A DNA stretch of 64,000 nucleotides from Nemertoderma westbladi (Eukaryota > Animalia > Xenacoelomorpha): NCBI GenBank assembly GCA_032718475.1, contig JAUCBJ010007696.1:106384-170383 (forward strand). Reading direction: 5' to 3'. Numbering within the stretch: the first letter of the stretch is position 1; each line of letters starts with the position of its first letter. Positions 40,101 to 50,740 of the stretch are shown here, one piece after another. The position numbers were made by a program, and so were the translations under genes. The notes beneath the pieces are model-generated. The model searched no databases. It saw only the letters and a list, made by a program, of their open reading frames with translations, and was not told where the DNA came from.

Positions 40101-41823
40101 TTCCCGTCACTTTCTTCGCCAACTTTCTGTCTTTCAGTTTGACGTCGTTGCCAGCGAATTGACGGGAGACAGACGCCACGACGCTTTCGCTACTCGTTCC
40201 CGGGGTCGCGACCAGCGAGTTGGACCGGGATTTACCGTCGGCCGGCGTCGCAATCGGTCGGGGTATCTTGCCGAGGTTCGCGATCTCGTGCATAACCCCC
40301 TCGCGTCGGAAGTAGACCTGGAACACGTCCGGGAGCTTCTTCATCAGCATGCTGGCGATCTGGAAGGCAGACAACTGGACCTTGAGGTCCCCAGATGACA
40401 ACATGTGTCCGAGATGGCCGCTGATCTGGATATCAGCAAACACCTTACGGAGAATCTCATCTTGGGCCACGTTAATCATCCGCAGGAGACCCCGCAGACT
40501 GTGGTGTTTGACTACCGGCCCCCCAGACTGCGTGTAGACCTGGAACATGACTTTACACAAGAGTTCGAGGATGTCATTGGCCGACTGGTCGGTGCTCGAG
40601 AAGAATATGAACCGCTGATCGTCGACGGTGAGTGGCGATGGAACAGCTGGGGTTTCAGCTGACCGGCCGCCTAGACGTCGCTGCACCGGTCGAGATGTCC
40701 CCGTCTCGTTGTTCACCTGCACCATCGCGCTGAAGTCGATGTCGTAGATCCGGTTGTGGACGTTGATGGAAACCTCGTCCTCTCCGCTCGCGAATCCCGC
40801 TTCTATTATCCGCGAGTCGAAGATTCCGTAGGAGTGCCAATCATTGTGGTCGTCCTGCCACATCCACTGGCCATGGTTGGTGGCCGCCGTGGAGGGGGTG
40901 TACCACAGCAGGGAATCCATGGCGAAGAGACCGGTGGACGGCAGTCTGGGGAAGAGTTCGGCCACCAGATGGGTCAGTTCGTACAGCTCCTGTGGAGGGC
41001 GTGTAGACAACTCGATGTTGCCGATCCCAGAGGGGAGGCTCTGGTTGGCGCTGCCACAGAACAGCGTCTGCAGTGTTTGTCCGAGGCCGCCACGGACCAG
41101 GTCAATGACCACGGAGTGACAGACCGTGCAGATCTGGGCGAACGATCTAAGGGTTGTAATGAGAGTAGCCGAGGTGAGCACCGGAGGGGCCATCACTACG
41201 AGTCGTTGGAGCTCACTGAGGTAGTTCTTAGAGACGATAAACAGGAGTTTCTCCCTCGAGTTCTGCATGCTGTCAACGATGCGAGAGAGAGCATTGCAGG
41301 CGCTATTCGATATCTTCTTGTCGTTGTGAGAGACGCGATGGGTGAGGGTTGGAATGGCGTCCGATACGAAATGGAACTCGTCCTCGGTGACACCCAGACA
41401 GCAGTTGGCCACAATCTGTAGGGCGTGGTGTTGAGCAACTATTCCGAAGAAATCGATGTATGACAGACAAGCACCAACACCACCGGCCTGTAGGATAGTC
41501 TTCCCGTGCTTCAAACTTAGCAACTCCAAAGCGTTGAGACTTTGTTCGGCAACATCTATGCAGTGGATGACCTGTAATTTACTCAACAACAACGGGATTG
41601 TCTCTATGACCAGTCCGGAACTTCGAGGCAAAACCTCGAGGATGTAGGTTATAGCGCGACAAGCATGGAGAACGATGTCAATGTTGTGGTCAACCTTGAG
41701 CATCGCACTTAGCGACGGAACGTATTGCTTCACTGGGAAGTCTGCCAATGTTTCCTCGTTACCCATAACCAGGAACTGACACAGTTCCATTAAGGCCTGC
41801 ATCTGTGTGCTTTCATCTCCTCC
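37168..41823 (-). CDS. TRIP12: E3 ubiquitin-protein ligase TRIP12, last coding exon (ARM repeats, WWE, HECT)
   Basis: ELCQFLVMGNEETL..FPV start of the ARM region; WWE domain (WMWQDDHNDWHSY...YDIDFSAMVQVNNETGTSRPVQR); HECT with ENEVGTGLGPTLEFY, FVTGSPRLPIGG and LPSVMTCVNYLKLPDYS...SFHLS*. Phase-0 acceptor TTTATATTTAG|GGA at 41824/41823. Confidence 0.97.
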   Translation of the reverse strand, partial: GGDESTQMQALMELCQFLVMGNEETLADFPVKQYVPSLSAMLKVDHNIDIVLHACRAITYILEVLPRSSGLVIETIPLLLSKLQVIHCIDVAEQSLNALELLSLKHGKTILQAGGVGACLSYIDFFGIVAQHHALQIVANCCLGVTEDEFHFVSDAIPTLTHRVSHNDKKISNSACNALSRIVDSMQNSREKLLFIVSKNYLSELQRLVVMAPPVLTSATLITTLRSFAQICTVCHSVVIDLVRGGLGQTLQTLFCGSANQSLPSGIGNIELSTRPPQELYELTHLVAELFPRLPSTGLFAMDSLLWYTPSTAATNHGQWMWQDDHNDWHSYGIFDSRIIEAGFASGEDEVSINVHNRIYDIDFSAMVQVNNETGTSRPVQRRLGGRSAETPAVPSPLTVDDQRFIFFSSTDQSANDILELLCKVMFQVYTQSGGPVVKHHSLRGLLRMINVAQDEILRKVFADIQISGHLGHMLSSGDLKVQLSAFQIASMLMKKLPDVFQVYFRREGVMHEIANLGKIPRPIATPADGKSRSNSLVATPGTSSESVVASVSRQFAGNDVKLKDRKLAKKVTGKGPKTRSRANSEDLGQSTSSLSSSRKQSSSGGKSFLSNFNPARWGRSNKSAPESRSPRPPTQTAEESSTRDKVRNWLKEQAFSFTQTHFGEGIKGESHPALKVLATLSEAADGLSNCRTAGLMPLEQIAAVVTETDVTAFEVHHSGIVSHLHRYLSQPGDIDGVSRTLRLRSFVHVFLGCPLGNSYTLNCVISSQNFKALVTKLVGCVAQLEQFPIKVHEVNMRYLSRLGNIVHHSMLSGSPGHLSGAHNSVLNFLSSHQLRCQLSRHPSCSQAKQWKSGPIQVDPLAVVHSVERYLLSRGFGGHRGSKLDMSSDDDVSEDDMDDYLEFATSSQNVSLEFYIGEHLLPKNMTIYHAVRQYSTHQGEESTDEESGLFSNTGMWNHVHTLHYKVSQTELEERTTKRPKTFSMPGKLGGKLTSSEDPWPSPAKVIKRNALDLGINQALVALPFQDPALEVMGLLRVLHAIATHWHCLYPCMLPHPALLATDFHCPKLFTKLSRQLHDPFVIATGNLPSWLAQVTTSCPFLFPFDCRQLLLYATAFDRERALMRLQSESQDGGATANDHVGPRVDKVKKIVSRENLLHQAEQIFIDMGNPKAILDISFENEVGTGLGPTLEFYALVSKDLQRSELNLWRGESIQVPNTTGAGVEECITYVHAPSGLFPAPVPRTMKLGPLTRLKQKFRFLGRFLAKALLDFRLLDMSFSVSFYRWLLGEQESFCLADVQHVDVVLHRSLLDLSQMVATKQMLDEQPDSRGGLPLQEALAELSDRVDDLGLNFVLPGYPQIELCKDGKDKDVTIHNLQDYLKLSVHWILYEGVKRQIEALKEGFQTVLPLSHLATFQAQELEDLLCGGKSGYEWDAKSLAESFRPDHGYTSSSQAVRHLSEILCEYSREEQRRFLQFVTGSPRLPIGGFRALNPLLTVVKKSYEAPDNPDDYLPSVMTCVNYLKLPDYSSKHVMREKLRLAAQEGLLSFHLS

Positions 41824-42364
41824 CTAAATATAAATAAATTATTACAAAAATATTTAAAATTTATAATTATATTTAAAAATAATAATAGGCCTGCCTCCCT
41901 ATGTGTTTGAAAACCAACCAAATCATTATATAATATAATTAAAGAATGAAGGAGGCCCATATTTTTTTATAAATTATTAGAATATATTTGAGTATTATTG
42001 CCAATAAAAATATTGTAGCGTCCTGTTATTCTAGGCAAAAAGATGGGGTAACACAAAACAAATCATCAGAAATTTAAATTTTAAATTATACCTTGCTAAA
42101 AAAATAAAAAATAAAATAGTATTATTCCAAAATTGTAACATTACTCAACGCCGTTAGTATTAACAGCGAGTTGTTATTTAGCACTTTACAACCTTAGATT
42201 GTCCTGTACAATTACACCATGTCCTGGAATATAGTGTCGATATTCAGGTCCCCCCCCCCAAAAAAAAATTTTTTTTTTCTACAAATCTTAATGAAATTGC
42301 TTGAAATTTGAAACAGGAAACTCCTTGCTGGGTGAGCCAGAATTATTATTTTCGCTTTCATTCT

Positions 42365-42937
42365 TTAGCTACAAGCGTTTGCAAAAGGTGTCGCCGGCGA
42401 AACTTCACAGGTCACAGTGCAATCATTCTTCAATCTTATAGTGATTTGGTGGTACCAATAGAAAGCTGCCCAGCCCATGCAAGGATTCCAAATATGTAAA
42501 AATATTTGAATTTGGTTGGGAAATACCTGAGATATGGGCATTCGAATGTTGCATGTACTTGCTTCCCCTGTAGGCCATTTATTCTATTTAATTAATGTAC
42601 CATATTCTAGAACATTTTGTTTATTCCATACGTAGCTGGGCAACAATGCAATACCTCTTTAATTATACTATTACGTAGCTATTCATAAATAAACAAAATG
42701 TTCTAGAATATGGTATTTTTATTTAATAGAATAAAATAGCCTCATGCACATGCAAAACCATACAACTTTAGAAAGCTCATATCTCAGCTATTTTCCAACC
42801 AAATTCAGATGATGTTACATATTTGGAATCCTTACATGGCCAGCTTTCCATCAGTACCAACAAATCACTATAAGGTTGAAGAATAACTGGAGTGTAACTG
42901 GTGAAATATCACCGGAGACACCTTAAGTGGTAGCTAA
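42365..42937. mobile_element. Palindromic (foldback) MITE-like element in TRIP12 intron 2
   Basis: Arms AAGGTGTCGCCGGCGAAACTTCACAGG...CAAGGATTCCAAATATGTAA and TTACATATTTGGAATCCTT...GGTGAAATATCACCGGAGACACCTT are inverted; a related fragment lies at 48470-48582. Confidence 0.75.
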
Positions 42938-43261
42938 ATAAGTACCGGAAATTCCTCTGGGGAGTAAAGTTCTGAGATTTCTAGAGTTCTAAAGTCGTCA
43001 GACTTTGTGTGCAATCCCTGGCCTAGCGGCCGAAGAAAATTTACTTTACTTTTTAATGCAAAAGAATGCCGCTTTGACTGGATTTATACGCGCTTACAAA
43101 GTGTTTTTAATGACAAAATAATTGTTACCCCTTTTTTTTAGATAATTAAAAAGCCTGAGTTGCAAGGATCCAAAAAATAGGAGCGATATTCACCTTGTGA
43201 TGTTGCACCAATCCTACCTTGATTAGTATTATGGTTTTATTAAAGAAATTGAAAAAAATTA

Positions 43262-44240
43262 GGAAGCACGTCACCGGGGGTTGAACCATAGCACTATACG
43301 GAGTAGGGGTTTGCCGGATTGACCTTTTTCAAACCGGCCAGGCCGGGACCGGATTTGTAAAAAAATTCCTGCCGGAATTCCGACCAAAGCCGGAGTTTTT
43401 TATACATCACGTCTTATTTCCTCAATCAGCTATTGTACCTGTATGCATAAACAGAACTGGAGGAAGGGCACCGCGTAAATTGGTCCTTTAGGGCGTTAGG
43501 TACTCCGTCGGCAGATACGGGACCTAACGACGCAGGATACATACCGGTAAGATCGCATTCACAGGTCGAAAGTTTTCAGGTCCTAATGACACTGAGAAAA
43601 TAATATAACATAACATAGAACAAAGTAATAATAGCTGTAGTTATTTTTTATTCTCTCTGAGTTAAATTGGATTTACCAGAGTTTCTAAATTGCCTGACGA
43701 AAATATAAAAACTGGTCATTCACGGTGGTTATCTTAATCTAAATCAACGTTTTCGCGCTGAGACAAACAATATATAATAATTATTGACTAGTTATAATTT
43801 GTGCATGGGTAATACGTGTACTAATATACAATATATATATTAAATGTTAGTGAGGCTGAGCCCAACCAAATACAAATATTATTGGCAACAAGTTGGCAGT
43901 CAGCTCAGCATGTAGATGGTCAGAAAATGATATCAGCTTATAAAATCTGCTTTAGATATTCATAATATGAATGAATATGATACGAACTATGAAATAGATT
44001 GTATTGTATTCCATTGTATTTGTTTATTTTATTTACTTAATTTGTTTACATTTGTTAGAATTTAAAAGAAAATTAGTTTGATGTTTTTTGTTGTTGAAAA
44101 TTTACATTAATTGTAAATTTTGTCAACAATTCGTTGAAAAGAACATCCGGCCAAAAATTGAAATCCGGCACACCCCTAATACGGAGGGTTTCGGCCTATA
44201 AGACCTCATCACTAGCGCTAACCAATCCAGCCACATGCCC
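43262..44240 (-). mobile_element. tRNA-like/SINE head interrupted by a hAT MITE
   Basis: Removing 43304-44186 rejoins GTGGCTGGATTGGTTAGCGC (A-box-like) and GGTTCAACCCCC (B-box-like) on the minus strand. Confidence 0.45.
43304..44178. mobile_element. hAT-type MITE (875 bp)
   Basis: TIR TAGGGGTTTGCCGGATT / AATCCGGCACACCCCTA (16/17); perfect 8-bp TSD ATACGGAG (43296-43303, 44179-44186); subterminal CCGG motifs. Confidence 0.92.
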
Positions 44241-46500
44241 CAGAACATTACGATTGCATTAACAGCTTAACCCCAATTCATCTTTGATTTAGGCTACAGT
44301 ATTTATTCTATTTAATAAAATTACTAGAGACGGCGTCAAGACGCCGTTAAGCAAGTCGGAAGTCATCAATCAAATGTAAATTCCATCAACAAGCTGTCAT
44401 TGGTGTTATTTTACCATTGCGCCTATGGCGTTTTTTCGTTTATGTCTATTTTTCGAGCCCACGGCTCATGGACGAAATAGCGGAACATACCAGGGACCTT
44501 AGAATCGCTGTATCTAGCCGCTGTGAAAATTTTATCAAAATCGTTAGAGTAGTTTTGGCTGTAGATCAGTCAGTCAGTCAGCCAGCCAGCCAGTCAGTCA
44601 GTCAGCCAGCCAGTCAGCCAACAATTCTTACAGTAATCAAGTCCTACGATTTGCTAATAAATTCTAAAACATGTTATTTATTTATTTTGAGAAGCTAGGT
44701 AAGCGAACGATTTACCTATAAAATACAAATGTTTAGCTACAGACTCATAAGACGTAAGTAAATCCAGAATATTAATTATGCTGGTGAATAAAGAAACGCT
44801 TAGAATTTGGTAAGAGAAAAGTGCAAAAGGGGATGATAAAAAATGTTATATCATCGCAAATTATTGTTGAAATCTAAAACGGTTTTCATATTCTGAATCA
44901 GCAGATGACGGCGGTTGTAAAGATATATTTATTATATTCCCAAATAAAAAAAAATAAAGCCTAGGAAGATGGTTCAATAGTGTCGAATAGACATTTTTAA
45001 CGGCTTGCTGTTGCGAAACGATTTGATAATCGGAAAATCGGGCAACGTGTGTATTAATATAATATGTCGAACTATCATCACACCGAATTTCGTAGCATTT
45101 AATTGATATTAAAAATTAAAGGGTGAGAGTGGGGCTGCAAGGTGTTAGATTGAATCGTAAGATTTCAATCAAAGAGGCTGGAAAGTTTTATGCTTTTATT
45201 CGGTTTTGTTTACGAAAGTCGTATCTGCTGACGTACGACGATCGTAGCAATACGTCGGTCGTAAGGTAAGTGGCATACGGTCCATTGTGTGCACCTCGTT
45301 GATATCCATCTAGTCCTGAGAAAACATGGTATAAATGATGTGTTGTGCTAGAATGTTGTGTATTTATTAAATATAAATGACCACCAACGAACTCAAGCGA
45401 TCTAACGATATAAATGTGAGCGGATTCAATTCCGCCGCATTACCCTCATAAAATGGGAAGTGGCATTTTCAGCAATATGTTGGAGATACGAGATTGGCAA
45501 CAACCAATCTCGTATCACAACCAACACCGGGGACAACACAACCCCAAAGCCACACACAAAGGGAGGTTAGAGGTCAAATCACCTTGGAAGGGGAAACAAC
45601 CAGCAGGGGCCAACAGGGGGGGAAACACTCCCAGAGAGGGGAGAGGCGTGAAGTAGGTTATTAGCCAAAAGGGGCGAAGGAGGGCATCCACTAAGTAAGA
45701 GGCCACAGTAATGTAGAGGTAATCATACATATATTATCAATGCATGCCGTTACCGGTCCAGTTTACTCAGTGGTCAGTTTCAGTGCAGGCCGGCAATATA
45801 GTTCTACCGTCATTGCGGTGCTGCCATATACTGATTTATTATCTTGCTACCGTTCTGTACACTTATCCAATTTGCTATCATTACTTTTATATTATACTCA
45901 GTTGAACATCAAACTCAAACCTTTTCCACATCCACCCATCAGCCTGCTGTGACGCGTAAAAACCTAACCCGGTCGGGATCCCTTGATCCCGTCACAATAA
46001 ATAAATCACGATTAATTTAAGAATGACTAACGAAGGGTGCAATTTCACAAAATGAAAATAATACACTTTTTTAAAAGGCCTATAAAAATTTAAGGGGAAG
46101 TATAAAATCCTCGACGGTGAGTTGAACTAGTTGTGTTTCAAAGTTGAAGCAATATGATAAAGTAAAGATGTGAAGAAACATGTAGGGGAGTTCGTGTCAT
46201 CAGAAATTGACAATGACACTACCGGTATATTACGGGTGATGAAGGATAGAAATACAAATAATCATAATAATTTAAAGATTTTTTCATCAATTTTAGGCCA
46301 AAATGGAGACAAATTATGCGAAAAATGTAGTGTGAAAAGTGCGAACTTTGCCTTTGGATTGTGAAATTTCGGTTTGGGTGTGAAAATCTCCCAGAATTTA
46401 GTAAAACAACCTGGCTGACACAGAGCATATACTATTTCGACACACAAACGAATGATCCCAATTACTATATTATATCCTTGGTAGTAGATCGTCAGCTTAC

Positions 46501-47758
46501 CTGCAGTCCTGATAACATCTGTCCAGCTTTATTGGATGTCGTCGAAGGTGAGTGATTGCGATGGAAGAGTCTCCCGCCTAGAGACCCAAACATAACGGTG
46601 CTGAGGCCCTGTCGCTCCAGCAGGGACTGCAGCTGGGAGACGTCGGATATATCGCGGAGTCCGGGACCCCCCGAGGCGGCGCGCCCGCCCCCCGTTCCGC
46701 CCCTCGCCCCGCCCCCCACCCCGCCACGCGAGCCCCCACGACTAGACCCTCCCTTAACCGACTTACTGGTCGACTTCCCCTGGTCACCCGCACTCTCTGA
46801 CATGCTCCCGTCTTGTCTCCGCGTCGATGTCGATGAGGATGACGTCACTAGACCCTGAGCATGCTGGGCTGCGGCCGCTGGGGGGTGTCGCTTCCTTGCG
46901 CTCGCGCAGGAGCCCGTGATTGGCTCGTTACCGAAGCCGCGCTTGCGTTTACTACTATACTTCCGAGATGTAGACTGCGATGTGGATTGCGACGTTGAAT
47001 TTGATGACGATTTTGGAGTTGATTTTGACGTGGATTGAGTACCCCCGTCTGCAGATCCGACTGCCGTCGGAGTCGGCTTTACGGTCTGACCGACTCTGCG
47101 TTTTTTAACTTCGGATTTCTCCGCGGTGGAACTGGATTTGCGTTTAGTTAGTCGCTTAGAAACAAGGTTATCAACGGAACTGGGAGACGGAGTGTCAGAA
47201 GAAACCCGGACTTCCTTGGATTTGTTAGAAGTTTCCTTGTTTCTGTTTGAACTACGTGGACTGATTTTTGTAGAGGATCCTGTACCTTTTGACTCAGTGC
47301 CGATATTTAGGGATCCTTTAACCTTAGAACGGGTCGTCGATGCAGGCTTTCGTTCTTTAGATTTGACCCGTGTTGCTTTAGTTGGCGATACTTCGCGATT
47401 TTCTCTGGAGACTTTACTTTTTGATGTAGTTTTGGACGCGACCTTATCTGTAACAGCAGACCCGCCAACTAAAACCGGTTGTGCGGTTACTAACTTCCTT
47501 TTCTTTCTTTGTGGTACTCTGTTTTGTCGCACCGCCTTCCCTGACGATCCCTCCTCGGATAGCTTTGCACTCTTAGAAGGACGTCCTGGGGGGCTTTTAT
47601 CTGTTGCGGTTACTCTAGAACCTGCGACAACCTCCGTATATCTATTAACTCTTTCAGCGGACCTGGTACGGTGTGCTATCGGCTCTTTATCCTTTATTAC
47701 TTGAGATTTGTCTCGGTCGCTTAACGAAATGACACAGCTGTTAATTTTTGTTTTATCC
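46501..47758 (-). CDS. TRIP12: TRIP12 coding exon 2 (basic/Ser-rich disordered N-terminal region)
   Basis: Open frame DKTKINS...DVSQLQSLLERQGLSTVMFGSLGGRLFHR...KAGQMLSGLQ. Donor CAG|GTAAGC at 46501/46500 joins in phase 0 to give SGLQ|GGDESTQMQA, matching TRIP12 QGLQA.DESQQLQA. Acceptor TTATTTTAG|G at 47759/47758 (phase 2). Confidence 0.92.
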
Positions 47759-49107
47759 CTAAAATAACAATGAAGATAATGTCTTTACTATATAACGGGC
47801 ACGGATTGGTAAATAAACTGACTAAGTAAACTAGACCAGTAAAAAACTTGCTAAACTTTGAAACATCTGTAGTTGAGATTCAGTATTTATTTTCGACTTT
47901 AAACAGTACGGATATATATAATTAATTACAATTTGCGACAGCCTCTTGGTACCGGTACCGGAAAACATGAAGAGATAAAGTAGGTAGAGATAAAATATAA
48001 GATGGGGTAGCGGTAGAAAGTCATCAGAAGTTCATAGAACAGTAAAATTGATAAATAAATATGACAACGCTCTAGTAAATATGAAATGATTGACAACTGT
48101 GTGAATAGTATCATTAAAAAATCACGACTAGCAAAATTTTGGTGACTCATATCAGAAAAGTGAAAATTTTCTTCTAACTCAGCTCTACGGACGCAGTTAT
48201 ATATAAAAAATAAAGCTTTTTAACAGCAATCTTTCTGTATTTGTGTTCAATAATTCACTGCGTAATTAAAGCAACAATTATTTAAACAATAAGCAGCATT
48301 TTTTACTACATTTCACGCACTTTACACGTATAAATTGTCGATTTCCCGTTTGCAAAAAACGGCCACCGTTTCCATGATTATAAAAAATAATCGTGTTTAA
48401 TTTTCGAATTTCTTGCATCAGCAATCAACATTATAAAATATTATAAATTAAATATACTAAAATTGAGATTATGTTATATATTTGGAATCCTTGCACGGCC
48501 AGCTTTCCATCAGTACTAACAAATCACTATAAGGTTGAAGAATAACTGCGGTGTAACTGGTGAAATATCGTCGGAGACACTTTATTCAATAAATCCCAAC
48601 TCACTAAATAAAGAGACTATATCACAGGACAGGTGTGATATACTGTTCACCGGTATTAAAACCACTTTAACAACTTCAACTAAAGACACGGCATTATAGA
48701 CTGTCTGTCTGTAGTACGAATATACCAGTGCGCATTCGCTTTATGTCCATATTTGGGTATGAATGAGTCTGGACTGGGCATTAATGTTACGTATTACGCA
48801 CTTGGCTCGCCAATTTACACGAATGATTAATTAACTAAGATAATTCAAATTGTACACGACCAATCACAGCTCAAGCAAAGGCTAAATCTACGTAGGATTT
48901 ATGAGATATGATATATTCTAGTAGTTAAGTGCCAAGGAAATATATGCACATTTGCACATCCCTTTTTTTTGCTGTTATATTTATATATCACAAGAAAACC
49001 CTGATACCGGTATTAATTCTTCACATATATCATATATAGGCGAGGCGTCATAAATACGCATGTTATGGTCTAGTAGATGTAATTTTTTAAAATAGTAGCT
49101 AGCAGAC

Positions 49108-49721
49108 GGCATTACTATGGTATGTATAACCATTTTTTCATGTTTATACCATAGTATAAATACGACTATGGTATGTACAACTATTTATATAGAAAATGTT
49201 CCAGAAGATGTTAGCTATTGATTTTTTAAAAAAGTTATGTTCTAGAACAAATATTTTTTGTTCTAGAACATTTTATAGAGAAAATCTGGATTTTATTTAA
49301 AACTCATGGAATCGTTCTAAAACGTGTTTAAAATCAATAAAAAAATTTCAAAATTTATTTTTTTCACAATATATTTTTTGTTCTAGAACATTTTTTAGAA
49401 AAAATCTGGATTTTATTTAAAACTCATGGAATCGTTCTAAAACGTGTTTAAAATCAATAAAAAAATTTCAAAATTTATTTTTTTCACAATATTTTTTTTT
49501 CACAATTTTATTTATTGATTTTAAACACGTTTTAGAACGATTACATGCGTTTTAAATAGAATCCAGATATTTTTCTAAAAAATGTTCTAGAACAAAAAAT
49601 ATTTGTTCTAGAACATAATTTTTTTAAAAAATGAATAGCTAACATCTTCTGGAACATTTTCTATATAAATAGTTATGTTATAAATATATATAAAAATGGT
49701 TATACATACCATAGTAATGCC
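49108..49721. mobile_element. Mutator (MULE)-type palindromic MITE (614 bp)
   Basis: TIR GGCATTACTATGGTATGTATAACCATTTTT, with arms extending almost to the centre; perfect 9-bp TSD CTAGCAGAC (49099-49107, 49722-49730); internal 120-bp tandem duplication. Confidence 0.9.
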
Positions 49722-50740
49722 CTAGCAGACTAGCTAATGTTTTAAAAAACTATTTTCAGTGTTGCTTAAACATTAATCAATAACATAACAAACACCAAAA
49801 ATTGAAAATAATTTTTTTTTAAAACACTAGCTACCATAAAAAACCAATAGCTAACATTAAAAACACTAGCTAGATTAAATAAAAATAAGTCACTAATAAT
49901 GTTCTACATTGATCAATGAGAACATCAATGAAAATCCAAACTTAAAGACTCAAACAATATTTTTAAAAAATAATAGCTAGCTGACTAGCTAATGTTCTAG
50001 AACTAAAATTTTTTTCTTAAAAAGTTGCGCTACATATAGGAGGACAGTGTAAAAATACCGGTATTAATTTAATTAATATTAATAAAATATCAAATGGGGG
50101 GGGGGGGGGGGGGGGAGGAATACAGAACTCTAGCCAAATATTTATAGAAGGAAGTAGGATCTCGGAACCAGTGTTGAAATTACTAGCTAAACCTACCTAA
50201 AACACTAGCTATAAAAAAACATCTACTAATGTTGTGTCATATTAAAATTTTCAATGTTTGTTTATACTTACCATTTTTCTACAAATCTCTATCATATTAC
50301 TTGAATTTTGAAACACAACTAGTTCCACTCAACGTCGTTGACGCCATGAAGCCGGAATTTTCGATTTTGCCTTTAAATTTTTTTAATAAGCGTTTTAAAA
50401 AAGTGTATTTTGCAAAATCGCACCCTCCGTACCTTGGCCATTCTTCACATTAGTCGTAATTTTTTCATATCATTGGAAAGCTTGCGATTCGAAATATGTA
50501 ACAATATCTGAATTTCGTTGATAAACAGCTGAGATATAGGTGTTCAAAGATTGCAAGAAGTATTTATCGCTAGATGCCATTTATTCTATTTAATAAATAC
50601 ACAATGTTCTGGAATATTGTTGTTGAAATATTTTTTGTTCTACAACAAAAAAAACTAGCTAATTTGTTAATTCGAAAATTTTGTTTACCATAATGAAATT
50701 TAAGAATGAAACTTAAGATTTAAAAATGAAACTTAACCAA

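Noticed and set aside
37338-41647. Many overlapping ORFs, including a 339-aa + strand ORF at 38935-39954
   Set aside because: Shadow frames of the GC-rich TRIP12 exon; no recognisable domains.
45000-45996. Possible solo LTR on the minus strand (begins TGTGACGGGATC at 45996)
   Set aside because: I could not locate the other end or a TSD, and there is no second copy or internal retroviral ORF in the window.
46556-47704. + strand ORFs of 100 and 192 aa
   Set aside because: Antisense shadows of TRIP12 exon 2.
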